This document shows positions 1-9,252 of a DNA stretch of 55,887 nt, piece after piece; position 1 is the first letter of the stretch, and the number at the start of each line of letters is the position of its first letter. The notes under the pieces are model-generated. The model saw only the letters and a program-made list of their open reading frames with translations, ran no database searches and was not told the DNA's origin. A program made the translations under genes and the position numbers. Origin of the DNA: Gammaproteobacteria bacterium (GTDB taxonomy: Bacteria > Pseudomonadota > Gammaproteobacteria > Pseudomonadales > JANQJO01); the NCBI GenBank assembly GCA_037380725.1, contig JARRRL010000047.1, positions 1 to 55,887 of the forward strand, written 5' to 3'.

Positions 1-652
1 CCCTCGCTGCCGACTGAAAGGCGTATTGTCCCGCGTCCGTCACCTCACGATATCTGATTTTCAGGTTCACCACGTCTCGCAACAAGGACACCTCTTGCCG
101 ACCGGATACCACAAGCGTTGGATTAGGCTTACTGACCACGGTATTAGAGCACGTTAAGGTTTCGTCTACCAAAAATAATTCAACAATAGCCACCTGATTC
201 GGCCTTACCACCTCACCACGGCAATCACGAATGTTGTTCGTGCTGGCGCCCGTGAATCGAAATCGCACCGTATCGCCACTCACCGCATTCTCCGTTCCAC
301 CCAATACTTGCCCTGTTGCAAAGAGATGCGTGTCATCCGCGAGAAATGTACTCGCGAAATCACTCCCATATGTCACCGATTCCCGATACCCCGCACGACC
401 CACAACCGATTGCAATTCCCGAAACGTATACAGCGCATTGTCATACAATTCGCTGACTTGAAAAGCCAAGACATCCACCTTACGTGTGATGGCGTACAAT
501 TGGATCGCACCTGCAATTAACATCGTCATCAAGGTCGCCGCGATCATCAGTTCAACTAATGTAAGTCCTCGCTGTACTCGCCAGTAAGCTCGCCTCCCCT
601 CAGCGGTTTTACACCCGAAGCCTTGAATCGCACACGCACCACGCTCACCCAT
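1..652 (-). CDS. pilW: type IV pilus minor pilin, PilW-like (N-terminal ~217 codons; the gene runs off the left edge of the window)
   Basis: It is absent from the ORF track because it has no in-window stop. My minus-strand translation from ATG 652..650 gives MGERGACAIQGFGCKTAEGRRAYWRVQRGLTLVELMIAATLMTMLIAGAIQLY...DTVRFRFTGASTNNIRDCRGEVV...LTCSNTVV. This shows a prepilin N-terminal methylation motif followed by a PilW-like body. The start overlaps the stop of the upstream pilV-like ORF (ATGA). Confidence 0.7.
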   Translation of the reverse strand, partial: MGERGACAIQGFGCKTAEGRRAYWRVQRGLTLVELMIAATLMTMLIAGAIQLYAITRKVDVLAFQVSELYDNALYTFRELQSVVGRAGYRESVTYGSDFASTFLADDTHLFATGQVLGGTENAVSGDTVRFRFTGASTNNIRDCRGEVVRPNQVAIVELFLVDETLTCSNTVVSKPNPTLVVSGRQEVSLLRDVVNLKIRYREVTDAGQYAFQSAAR

Positions 653-1203
653 CACAAACAATTTCCTAGGTTCTCACACACAATCGTGGACAGCTCGTAA
701 CAATGCTTCGCACACGCCTCAGGGAGTGCTCCACCCGTTTGCTCCGTGGCATCCCACTGAATCCGTATCAACAGCTTATTCGCATCCCTTGGATCACCTG
801 GTGGCGGATCAGCCGGGATATACCGAACCGCCGCCACCACATCTTTGCCGATAAAGTCGAGCAATTGCTGTTGAAACAAATACAGATCCAATGCAGCAAT
901 TTGTCTCCCCGTACAAAAAGTATTCACACACGCCTGAGGCAATGCGGCGGACGCCAAAGTCGAGGTTCCATCAGCATTGAGCGTATAATCATAGGCCCCC
1001 TCGTTAAGAGAAGTCGCATTTGTTCTAGCATTGATGACTAAATTGTCCGCTGCCAAGATCGTTGCAGCGCGATAGCGCGATGCCTGAGCATTCGACAGCA
1101 CCAATTGATGTAAATAAATACCTCCCGCAATACACATACTCACCAAAAATAACGCCACCGCGACTTCAAATAAGGAAAAACCCTGAGCACCTCTCACAAA
1201 CAC
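652..1203 (-). CDS. pilV: type IV pilus minor pilin, PilV-like
   Basis: 183-aa ORF. The N-terminus MFVRGAQGFSLFEVAVALFLVSMCIAGG is a prepilin-type cleavage/methylation motif with a hydrophobic helix. It sits between the fimT-like and pilW-like genes with overlapping stop and start codons. The start codon is GTG. Confidence 0.75.
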   Translation of the reverse strand: MFVRGAQGFSLFEVAVALFLVSMCIAGGIYLHQLVLSNAQASRYRAATILAADNLVINARTNATSLNEGAYDYTLNADGTSTLASAALPQACVNTFCTGRQIAALDLYLFQQQLLDFIGKDVVAAVRYIPADPPPGDPRDANKLLIRIQWDATEQTGGALPEACAKHCYELSTIVCENLGNCL

Positions 1204-1751
1204 CTCGCCCCATCCCTTAACGTGATTACGCCAGACGAAATCACTTCCAGTATTCTTTGATTAAACGACGTACCCGTATTGAGCCTACACAATGTAGCGG
1301 TAAAGGTATTCGGATTAGATGGATCTGTGGTACGCAAATGCCCGGTGTGCTCAAAAACAAATTGTGTGGCGTTCGCCGTCACTTGAACATCGTCAATTTG
1401 GATGCGCTTGAGTACACTCTGATCAAAACTGTTCGCATTGGGCTCCAAAGCAATCATCAACCAAAATGCGGAATTATCACTGGTTGACGTGCAATTTTCC
1501 TGTGTTTCAGACGCAACACGGCATACCGTAACCGGATAACCCCGACTGATCGCTTCACCACGCGCCAGCTTAAAAAACTTCACCAACAAGCGCTGCTCTT
1601 TCAACAAATCAGTGTCTTCGATAAGATTTCGAAAACTTGTCCCAGCCAACGCCGATATCACCGCAACCACCGACAAGACCACCAGTAATTCAATCAACGT
1701 TATTCCCAAAGTGGATTTGAAGGTTTGAAATAGACAGCGCTTTCCTGACAT
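1194..1751 (-). CDS. GspH/FimT-family type IV minor (pseudo)pilin
   Basis: The N-terminus ...KSTLGITLIELLVVLSVVAVISALAGTSFRNL is a prepilin methylation motif of FimT/FimU/GspH type. ATG at 1751 overlaps the pilY1-like stop (TGATG), which suggests translational coupling. The track ORF starts one codon earlier, at GTG 1754. Confidence 0.75.
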   Translation of the reverse strand: MSGKRCLFQTFKSTLGITLIELLVVLSVVAVISALAGTSFRNLIEDTDLLKEQRLLVKFFKLARGEAISRGYPVTVCRVASETQENCTSTSDNSAFWLMIALEPNANSFDQSVLKRIQIDDVQVTANATQFVFEHTGHLRTTDPSNPNTFTATLCRLNTGTSFNQRILEVISSGVITLRDGARCL

Positions 1752-4700
1752 CACTGCACCACATTGAGGTTTTTTCGCGTTGACGGCGCAACGAGACGAA
1801 AACCGATTCCAAGCGCACTCGATCCCGAAGCATCCGATCGTGATACAAATGCATCCGTTTTATCCCAAGAACCCGGATGAGAAACAACCTGCGGCACGCT
1901 GATCGTCGCTTGATCGAAACTGATACCTGCCGGCGACACGGCGCCAGCCCCAGCTACAGTCACCTTATCGGCACCATCGAACACACCATCTCCGTTCAAA
2001 TCCAATGTAGGCTGTGGGGATTGTAAGCCCAGTCGCTTATCCAAAAACATCAACCAACCTGTCGCTTTTCCCGTACAAGCGCCTCCATAGTTATCGGGAA
2101 TGACACTGCTGAAGAAGATCTGATCGCCCAACAGTGCAGGATGACTGATCACTCGCTCACCCTCCTCGGGTAAAGACAGGTACCATCCATTCGCCCTTTC
2201 ATCGGTGTTTACGCGTTTCAGTACACGGTAATTCGCTTGCTCTCCCTGAATGGAGACAGTGCCCTGCTTGTCCATCATAATATGATTAAGCGTACCAAGC
2301 TGAACCGTTCGGGGTGAATCCGTGTTCACCTTCACAGCGTAAAAATGCTGCGTGATGCTATTAAAATCAAAATGATCGCTTTCCGTTAAATACTGACCAC
2401 TGCCCACGTAAACTTGTATGGTGTTGTGATCAATGCGATCAATAGCCGGTCGAGTCCAGACGGGTTGGTGATCCGCTGTCGCAAACAATAAGGTAGGCGC
2501 GGCGGTGATGTGCATGAGATCGAAATACCAACATTGCCCAAAACGATCGCACGCGATCGCCACATCCGCCGTACCATCCGCATTCAAATCCAGGACATTG
2601 GGCGTCCCCAGTCCATTACCGCGTCCATCATTTGGTTGATCAGACGGTGCCACCGTGTGCACAATCCATTGCTTTGTTTTATCCTCCAGATCAACCATGA
2701 TCAACGTGGCTTTTTGATCGGCATCGACTTTCGGAAAACCATTCCCGAAAATCGCTACCCAGCGATAGCGGGGATTATTGGCGGAAGATTGTGGATCTTG
2801 AATGCGCACAATACTGGCATCTGCTAAGGTCAAATTCAGATCAGCACCCGTGATATCATCCTGATTTAATTCCCACAGCACGCGTGGACTGTGGGAGTCA
2901 TCCAATACGGTGTCGTATCCCAAATCCACCGCTGCCAGACAATTCCCACCCACACCACAAGTCACCACGCCAACTGTTGTCCAAGCCTGATGAATAAACG
3001 CATCCCCAATCGTAATGGCGCCATCCAGTGTATATTCATGCACTTCATCACGATGCGCCGTGATGGGGAGCTTGCCGATCGCATTTTGCAGTATATAAGC
3101 GAACGTTTCCTCTCCCGTTGCTAGATCCGTGAATCGCAATACGCCATCATTGCCACACGTAACGACATAAGGTGTGCGATTTTGGGTTTGCTCGCGAAAC
3201 GCCACATGCGGCGTTTCCGAACCATTTTGGTACGTCTTCAAACGCACGAGAGAAGGCCCAAGCAATTTGGGCTCGCAAAACACCGAGTCGCCAAAAATGT
3301 TGTCTCGATTCTTGAAATCACTGCTCGATTCCGCGCTGGCCTCACCGAGGTGATAGCGGATAAGCTGCTCAACAAACTCATCATCCGTACCTGAAAAACT
3401 GGAAAATAGTGGCTTTTTATCCAAAATCTGCTGTTTCTGTACGGTTGATAATTGCGAACTGGACCAAGCAACACTTGTACCATTCGGTAAACTGGTTTTG
3501 ATCAAGCGTGCGTTTTGGGCTCCACCCGCGGCACCGCGTCCAACTCGATTCGCCAGCCGGGCTTCCGCTGTATCGGACCAAGCTGTAGGCGCAGGTGTTG
3601 TTGGTCCCGCATTCGTATTGGAATTCGTATTGGAATTGGAACCCAGAGCAAGCGGATGAGCTTGCAGCGATCCCCCCCAATTCCCCTTCGTGTTATCGTA
3701 GGTCGATTGCACCAATAACCAATGATCATTGACCTCTCCCACAATAAAATTACGAGGTGTGACATCATTTTCTTGCGAAAAAGCGATTCCTCCAATCTCG
3801 TCGATGGGTGCCGGACACTTTCCGCCGGCACTGAGGCTCCGCAACTCACCAAGCGAGTACTGATAATACACCAACTCTTTGGATGCTAAGAAAGAACCGT
3901 TAATTCCATTTCCATTCCCATCAATCAAGCGGATATTGCCGTTAGCCGCTACGACAATGGCGTTCAGAATCGTATAGCTGCTTTCATACGGGTGAGAAGG
4001 ACTGATGAAATCACCATTCTCGGCGTAAATAATAATATTTGAAGCATCGCCATTTTGATTCCAAGTGATTAAGGATGACGAGGGAATCGGAAAACTGGGC
4101 AAATTCGGTATACCCCACATGCTGTTCGACGTAAATTTTATCCCATTTTTCAACAGCAGGTACACGGGCTCTCCCGCCGCATTCACGTTCACTTTAAAAT
4201 GAATACCCGTGCATTCTTCTAAAAATAAGTCATCCAGATAATACGTTCCGCTGTACAAATTGATGGTCAGATTATTACTTTGGCGAATGCGAACTCGACC
4301 GTAAAAGCCAGGATTCAAATCCATTTGTGTTGAGTTTTTCCACTGAAACAACGTTTCGCTTGCGGGCGGTGACCACGAGGAAAACGGTGTGACCCCTGAA
4401 TCCGTATCCCCGCTATACCGGGGAACGTCGCACGCTGTGTACGGAATACCGGAATTTGTCACGATCGCCCGGCCATTGGTGTTGGGCGAGCCAATCGGTA
4501 TACCGGTGTACGTGCCAGCAGTCACCAAGCAATCCTTCCCTGCGGGTACATCCGCACATAGGCTAGGCCTGTTAACAAAATGCGGTGTATGCTGCGCTAA
4601 GCCAATCGTCACCGTTCCCCGTACGGTACCTTCCCAAAATTCGGATTGATTGGTGGCGCTGCCACCCACAATGACATTACCCAACACATTGGGGTTGTCA

Positions 4701-4942
4701 CGAAACGACAGAAAACCTTCCGCATAGACATCGCCTTCCCGTACCCAAGATGGGTTATCGTACAACCACAAGCCGGTATCGCCATCACCACCTGAATACA
4801 ACGCAACACCGCTTATACACGGCAGCACCGTGAATTCAGGTGAAGCATGCGCCATGACGGTAAATAAGGTGAATAAGACAGTCCAGAAGAGCGTAATAAG
4901 ACCATTTACAACTTGAAATAACACGTTATTCTGATTACGCAT
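1751..4942 (-). CDS. pilY1: PilY1-like type IV pilus tip-associated adhesin
   Basis: The track ORF is 1099 aa. The likely real start is ATG 4942 (MRNQNNVLFQVVNGLITLFWTVLFTLFTVMAHA/SPEF, a signal peptide). The C-terminal ~500 aa look like the PilY1 beta-propeller (YVVTCGNDGVLRF..., WVAIFGNGF...). Two Asp-rich loops, DLNADGTAD and DLNGDGVFD, resemble PilY1 Ca-binding sites. The gene is co-oriented with and abuts the minor pilin genes. Confidence 0.8.
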   Translation of the reverse strand: MRNQNNVLFQVVNGLITLFWTVLFTLFTVMAHASPEFTVLPCISGVALYSGGDGDTGLWLYDNPSWVREGDVYAEGFLSFRDNPNVLGNVIVGGSATNQSEFWEGTVRGTVTIGLAQHTPHFVNRPSLCADVPAGKDCLVTAGTYTGIPIGSPNTNGRAIVTNSGIPYTACDVPRYSGDTDSGVTPFSSWSPPASETLFQWKNSTQMDLNPGFYGRVRIRQSNNLTINLYSGTYYLDDLFLEECTGIHFKVNVNAAGEPVYLLLKNGIKFTSNSMWGIPNLPSFPIPSSSLITWNQNGDASNIIIYAENGDFISPSHPYESSYTILNAIVVAANGNIRLIDGNGNGINGSFLASKELVYYQYSLGELRSLSAGGKCPAPIDEIGGIAFSQENDVTPRNFIVGEVNDHWLLVQSTYDNTKGNWGGSLQAHPLALGSNSNTNSNTNAGPTTPAPTAWSDTAEARLANRVGRGAAGGAQNARLIKTSLPNGTSVAWSSSQLSTVQKQQILDKKPLFSSFSGTDDEFVEQLIRYHLGEASAESSSDFKNRDNIFGDSVFCEPKLLGPSLVRLKTYQNGSETPHVAFREQTQNRTPYVVTCGNDGVLRFTDLATGEETFAYILQNAIGKLPITAHRDEVHEYTLDGAITIGDAFIHQAWTTVGVVTCGVGGNCLAAVDLGYDTVLDDSHSPRVLWELNQDDITGADLNLTLADASIVRIQDPQSSANNPRYRWVAIFGNGFPKVDADQKATLIMVDLEDKTKQWIVHTVAPSDQPNDGRGNGLGTPNVLDLNADGTADVAIACDRFGQCWYFDLMHITAAPTLLFATADHQPVWTRPAIDRIDHNTIQVYVGSGQYLTESDHFDFNSITQHFYAVKVNTDSPRTVQLGTLNHIMMDKQGTVSIQGEQANYRVLKRVNTDERANGWYLSLPEEGERVISHPALLGDQIFFSSVIPDNYGGACTGKATGWLMFLDKRLGLQSPQPTLDLNGDGVFDGADKVTVAGAGAVSPAGISFDQATISVPQVVSHPGSWDKTDAFVSRSDASGSSALGIGFRLVAPSTRKNLNVVQ

Positions 4943-5204
4943 TCGAAATCGCGTTACGCGCTGATTGTCTAAGCACCGTTCGGTTAGCTTGTAACACACA
5001 TTACTCTGACCATTACACTGGCAGCAATGATAGCGGTATAATCGCCTCATAATCGTACAACTGCTTATATTGTCATGTGGAGAGAACTATCCGCCCTAGG
5101 CAACTGACCCCAGCATACAGTCGCAGCGGATTCCGAGGTCGCTATTACATTTGTCAACCATGTTTATTAATGTAGTCGATACTGGCGTATTCAGCCTACT
5201 TATG

Positions 5205-5236
5205 TGTTCGAGATGTGCTGTTCGAGATGTTCGAGA
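5205..5236. promoter_or_regulatory. three direct copies of the 9-mer TGTTCGAGA in the pilY1-operon / pilZ divergent intergenic region
   Basis: The copies lie at 5205..5213, 5219..5227 and 5228..5236 and were read directly. They sit ~265-295 nt upstream of the pilY1 start and ~240 nt upstream of the PilZ-gene start. Confidence 0.4.
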
Positions 5237-5476
5237 GGTAATGCGATTCTTAGCAGAACACGGCAAGTCTTGCTATACTATCCGAGTTTGGAACATTATC
5301 ACTGTACACAAATGTACACACAAGATTTCCCTTGCCTTTGCCGCCAAAGCAAGGAACACCGAACCCAATACAATTACCAACCGTTATTTTCAGCCAACGA
5401 CTTTCAACCAGTTACTTGCTTTTTACTTTCAACGAACTACTCAATTTTATCCGCCAACTACAAAAAGAGAGCCGTC

Positions 5477-5788
5477 ATGACATTAGGAAACCGATCCTAC
5501 GAAGAAAAACGCAGTTTTATCCGCATGAAGATTGATGCAATGGTGAGCTTCAGCATCGAAGGTAAAAACGAACGGTATGAGGGTCGATGTAAAAACATCA
5601 GCGGTGCCGGTTTGTTACTGGAAACGCCCAAAAAAATTCCCCTTGGCACGCGCATCAATGTGATCATTCCATCGGAAAATTCTACCATTGACAACCTGAG
5701 CGCCACGGTGGACATCACGCGCGTTACACCACAGCCGGATCAACATTCCTACGAACTCGCCGGGGTCATCACTCAAATCAAGCCCTAA
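5477..5788 (+). CDS. PilZ domain protein (c-di-GMP-binding type)
   Basis: The inner start at ATG 5477 gives 103 aa, MTLGNRSYEEKRSFIRMKID...CKNISGAGLLLE.... Both PilZ signature motifs are present: RxxxR (RSFIR) and D/NxSxxG (NISGAG). The longer track ORF (from 5204) has a non-protein-like N-terminus. Confidence 0.8.
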   Translation: MTLGNRSYEEKRSFIRMKIDAMVSFSIEGKNERYEGRCKNISGAGLLLETPKKIPLGTRINVIIPSENSTIDNLSATVDITRVTPQPDQHSYELAGVITQIKP

Positions 5789-5894
5789 CTCATAGCCAAT
5801 CCCAAGCTCATATCAATACCCAATAGAGCGCCACGGTTACCGAATAAAACGTCATCAAGCCACCAGTCAAGCGGGCCACCGTATAGGATTACTC

Positions 5895-7209
5895 ATGAGA
5901 CGCCCTTTTGTACTGATGCTTTGCTTTGTCCTCGTGGCTTTTATGCACCGGTGCGCTCTGGCAGCCACATCACTCCCCGCCTTCCTCGACACGTGCCCAA
6001 GCGCTCCGATACTGCCCTTCTCCGCTTCAGCTCAATCCACGGTACAGCGCATTCACAATGAAAACGAATTACAGCACGCCATCAAAAACCTGAAACCCCA
6101 TACAACATTGCTGTTGTCCCCGGGTACGTATCTCCAAAACACTTTATATCCATCATGATCACGTCACCATTCGCGGTGAAAAAAACGAGTGCACCAGCAC
6201 CTCGCTCCTTGGACCCGGCATGGAAGCGCCGTACGGTGCTACACCTCATGGCATTTGGAGCGATGCCGCACACCTTACGATCGCAAATCTCACCCTGCAA
6301 GACGTGTATTACCATACCATTCAGTTCGCACCGAAGGCCGATGAGCCTCTGGTGTATCATGTCAAATTGATCGACTCTGGCGAACAATTTATTAAATCGA
6401 GCCCCAGCACGTATGGCCAGGGTGTGAACCGGGGGCGCGTCGCGTATTCCATATTGGCTTACACGAATGGCCCTTCCACCGCCGATCACGGTGGTGGCAG
6501 CGGCTACACCAATGGCGTGGACGTGCACGCCGGTCGTGATTGGATTGTGGAGAACAATATTTTTTATGGATTTCACACGCCGGACGACAGTGATAATTTA
6601 TGGAACCCTGCCGTACTGTTTTGGAACGGCGCAAGCGGTACCATTACGCGCAATAATCGCTTCATCGATGTAGATCGGGCCATAGCTTATGGCCTCACGA
6701 AGCGGCCTTCTCCACCTAAAGCGGATTCCAAGACACACACGCCTCCCCACCACCTCTATGCCGACCACGCCGGTGGTCAAATCGTCAACAACATGATCTC
6801 CCTACATCCTGGTTTATTCAGTTCGCACAGAAGACAAAACGCAGACGCGAGCATTCTCGTGTGGAACTCACCGAACACAAAGGTGATGCACAACACCATA
6901 CTCAACAACAGTAATCATTATTATTCCATTGAAACGCGTTTCAACAGCAGCGGCGTCGTCATCAAAAATAATTTGTCCGACGTCACCGTCCACGCACGCC
7001 GCCCCGAAACCGCGCCGCTCATCCAGTTCAACCTGTATCGCGCCTACCCCACATTATTTGTCGCCGCCAACATTGGCGATTTACACCTGAAACCCACCGC
7101 AAACATACGCTACGAAACCGCCCCCCTTCTTCCCGAGGTATTGGAGGATTTCGATGGAGACCTTCGCACAGGCAAAACCGCCACACCGGGCGCAGACGAA
7201 CTGCGATAA
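5895..7209 (+). pseudogene. secreted right-handed parallel beta-helix repeat protein (polysaccharide-lyase-like), reading frame broken by a 1-nt frameshift
   Basis: ORF 5895..6158 carries a signal peptide (MRRPFVLMLCFVLVAFMHRCALA) and ends ...LLLSPGTYLQNTLYPS*. Read upstream of ORF 6220..7209, frame +1 gives ...KTLYIHHDHVTIRGEKNECTS...GMEAPYG.... The two pieces therefore join across the A4 run at 6136..6139. The body has beta-helix-like repeats (NNIFYGFH..., ITRNNRFIDVDRAIAYG, VMHNTILNN, VIKNNLSD) and the typical C-terminus DFDGDLR...PGADE. Confidence 0.7.
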
Positions 7210-7356
7210 TCCATTATTCGCCCAATCATCTTCCGATCACATCCAATCGACTCATAGGGTGTTTTCGAATAACGTAAAACCAAGCGGTTTCTCTCGTCTC
7301 TCTATCGGGTCAGAGGGGTCGATAATATAGTTTTTGGCATGCCAATGCCCCCACCA

Positions 7357-7746
7357 TTAGGAAGATGATTCTGGGGGGATTAGCAATAGAATTGCCATTA
7401 ACCCAAAAAACAATGTCATTGTCATGATTACTCCGATCATGAAACTTTTAAGCGCTAGCTCGTACCAACGAGGCATATACGCCTTCACATTTTTGATGTT
7501 TCTTTTTTTGTCCAGCGAAGGCCGCAAAGCTAACCAAGCAAAAATTCCTGTTCTAATTAAAAAACCTGGAAAACGAGCCATGAGAATGGTTTCAGCCAGT
7601 GAGAAGTGCGGTTCTTTAAAATATTTTTCCAGTAATTTTTTTGGGGTAAAGATACTTAATAATAGCCAGGTAGTGGGCATCCACAGTACGCCAGCTATCA
7701 TAACCGTGAAAAAAACTGTGGCTAAATCTTCCCCTGTTATTTGCAT
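7357..7746 (-). CDS. small polytopic membrane protein (hypothetical; possible partner or immunity protein of the upstream LysM protein)
   Basis: 129 aa with 3-4 hydrophobic helices (VFFTVMIAGVLWMPTTWLLLSIF; IRTGIFAWLAL; FMIGVIMTMTLFFGLMAILLLI). Its start overlaps the end of the LysM gene by 10 nt, and it is on the same strand. Confidence 0.65.
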   Translation of the reverse strand: MQITGEDLATVFFTVMIAGVLWMPTTWLLLSIFTPKKLLEKYFKEPHFSLAETILMARFPGFLIRTGIFAWLALRPSLDKKRNIKNVKAYMPRWYELALKSFMIGVIMTMTLFFGLMAILLLIPPESSS

Positions 7747-8873
7747 AGTTGATCAATACCAATTAATTTAACTAAGTCGTGTTTGTGATAGAATCTGTCG
7801 TAAATAAAAGCAGACCCTTTACCCGCCCCCAGTGATAAAGCTGCAGCCCCAATACCCAGGGTTAAAGCAGTGACCCAACCAGTGGGTGTGCCAACAAAGT
7901 ACAAGGTTAACAAAGCCCCCGTTCCAATACTAGCAGCCGTGCTACCAAAAGTTTCGACAAATACCTCATTTTTTTGTTGTCGAGTGGATGCTTGGCCAAT
8001 GTCGTAGCACCCCATGCCCACTCCGGCAGCGGTTAAGATGATGCCACCGCGTGTGGCGTATCGAGCCATTCGTTTCAGGCGATCAAGCTGGTTGTCGATA
8101 GTGGCTGTGGCCGGAATAGACTTGGTGCGGCTAATGCGAATTGCTTCGTTGGCGGTTTTTCCTTTAAACAGCATCTTTTCAAAGGGACCGATTTTTTGTG
8201 AATATTTTTTGAGGGCGAGCCGCCGTCGATAATCATATTGACTTTTGCTCAGAGCGCCGCGCTGATAGTGATTGTACAGGGTTTTGACTTCGGCAATAAA
8301 GGCATTGTTTGCTTGTGCCGTCAAACCACCCCAGGTGTTAAAGCCTGCACCCACTGCTGTACTCAATAAACCATAGTTTTCGTGCATCCAAGCTAAGGCC
8401 CAGAATGCGTCTTGCTCTTTCGGTAACGTAGGGATATGGCGCTTAAAGCGTTCCACGTAGTTGCCAGTTGGTTCTAAACGATGGCGAGTGGTGGCCGGTG
8501 CTCTTTTTTCTTTGTAAAAATCTTCTGGGACAGGACAAGACGCCATCGCGCTGTGCTCCGGCAGTGGCATTAGTCGGATTAGCTGCCCAACACGAATCTC
8601 ATTTGGGTCGTAAATCGAGTCATTAAAGTGGAGTACTGAAGCTAGTGCCATTTTGTACCGAGGATCGTTGTAACGAATGGCGTAGTGGCTGGTGATAATC
8701 TGACTCAGCGTGTCGCCTCCCTTGACTACGTATAGCAAAGGGGTTGCCAGCTGGTTGTTTAAAGGTTGCTCAATTAAATGAGTAAGTGTGTCAGTGTTTC
8801 CCACAGGACTTCCTATATGCTTGATTGAGATAATGTTAACGTAATTATTATTGGTGTGATTGCTACCGTCCAC
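7737..8873 (-). CDS. LysM domain protein with a C-terminal glycine-zipper / bilobed hydrophobic region
   Basis: 378 aa. The LysM motif is YVVKGGDTLSQIITSHYAI...DPNEIRVGQLIRLMP. The C-terminus has Gly/Ala-rich membrane segments (GGIILTAAGVGMGCYDIG; STAASIGTGALLTLYFVGTPTGWVTALTLGIGAAALSLGAGKG). There is no signal peptide. Confidence 0.75.
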   Translation of the reverse strand: MDGSNHTNNNYVNIISIKHIGSPVGNTDTLTHLIEQPLNNQLATPLLYVVKGGDTLSQIITSHYAIRYNDPRYKMALASVLHFNDSIYDPNEIRVGQLIRLMPLPEHSAMASCPVPEDFYKEKRAPATTRHRLEPTGNYVERFKRHIPTLPKEQDAFWALAWMHENYGLLSTAVGAGFNTWGGLTAQANNAFIAEVKTLYNHYQRGALSKSQYDYRRRLALKKYSQKIGPFEKMLFKGKTANEAIRISRTKSIPATATIDNQLDRLKRMARYATRGGIILTAAGVGMGCYDIGQASTRQQKNEVFVETFGSTAASIGTGALLTLYFVGTPTGWVTALTLGIGAAALSLGAGKGSAFIYDRFYHKHDLVKLIGIDQLCK

Positions 8874-9094
8874 GCTTTATATCTTACGTACCGTCCAGCG
8901 CAGAATCGGACAGGCCGGTCGACTATGGTGATTTATGGTTTTGGTGGTGTCAATTAAAATCTGCCCATTTGTTGCTTTGTTGTAACTGTTTGTTGTGGCT
9001 GTCGGGAAACGACGAAATGGTGACAAAAAACGTAAAAATGACGGTGTAAAAACGGGTCAAACATGGATGTGAGAAGAGCACATTTATCGCACCT

Positions 9095-9120
9095 CGTTCC
9101 CACGCTCCCGCGTGGGAACG
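9095..9120. repeat. REP-like palindromic element, copy 1 (CGTTCCCACGC-TCCC-GCGTGGGAACG)
   Basis: A perfect 11-bp stem with a 4-nt loop, read directly. It lies in the intergenic region between the LysM gene and rraA. Confidence 0.7.
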
Positions 9121-9252
9121 CATACCTAACTACCATGCTGCTCAAACCTCCAATAACCCAGTCGTACCTGTATAATTTCTAGTACTGGAATATCATCAAT
9201 GAGAATGGCTTCATCTACATCACTTCACTTCATTTAACTGGGTTTTAGTATG

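Noticed and set aside
4943-5050. A 36-codon N-terminal extension of the PilY1 ORF (MRRLYRYHCCQCNGQSNVCYKL…).
   Set aside because: It is Cys-rich and non-native looking. The internal ATG at 4942 yields a textbook signal peptide, so the extension is most likely untranslated.
5151-5480. A 109-aa ORF spans the pilY1 / PilZ intergenic region and the 9-mer repeats.
   Set aside because: It has no RBS and an odd composition, and it overlaps the well-supported PilZ start. I treat the region as regulatory DNA.
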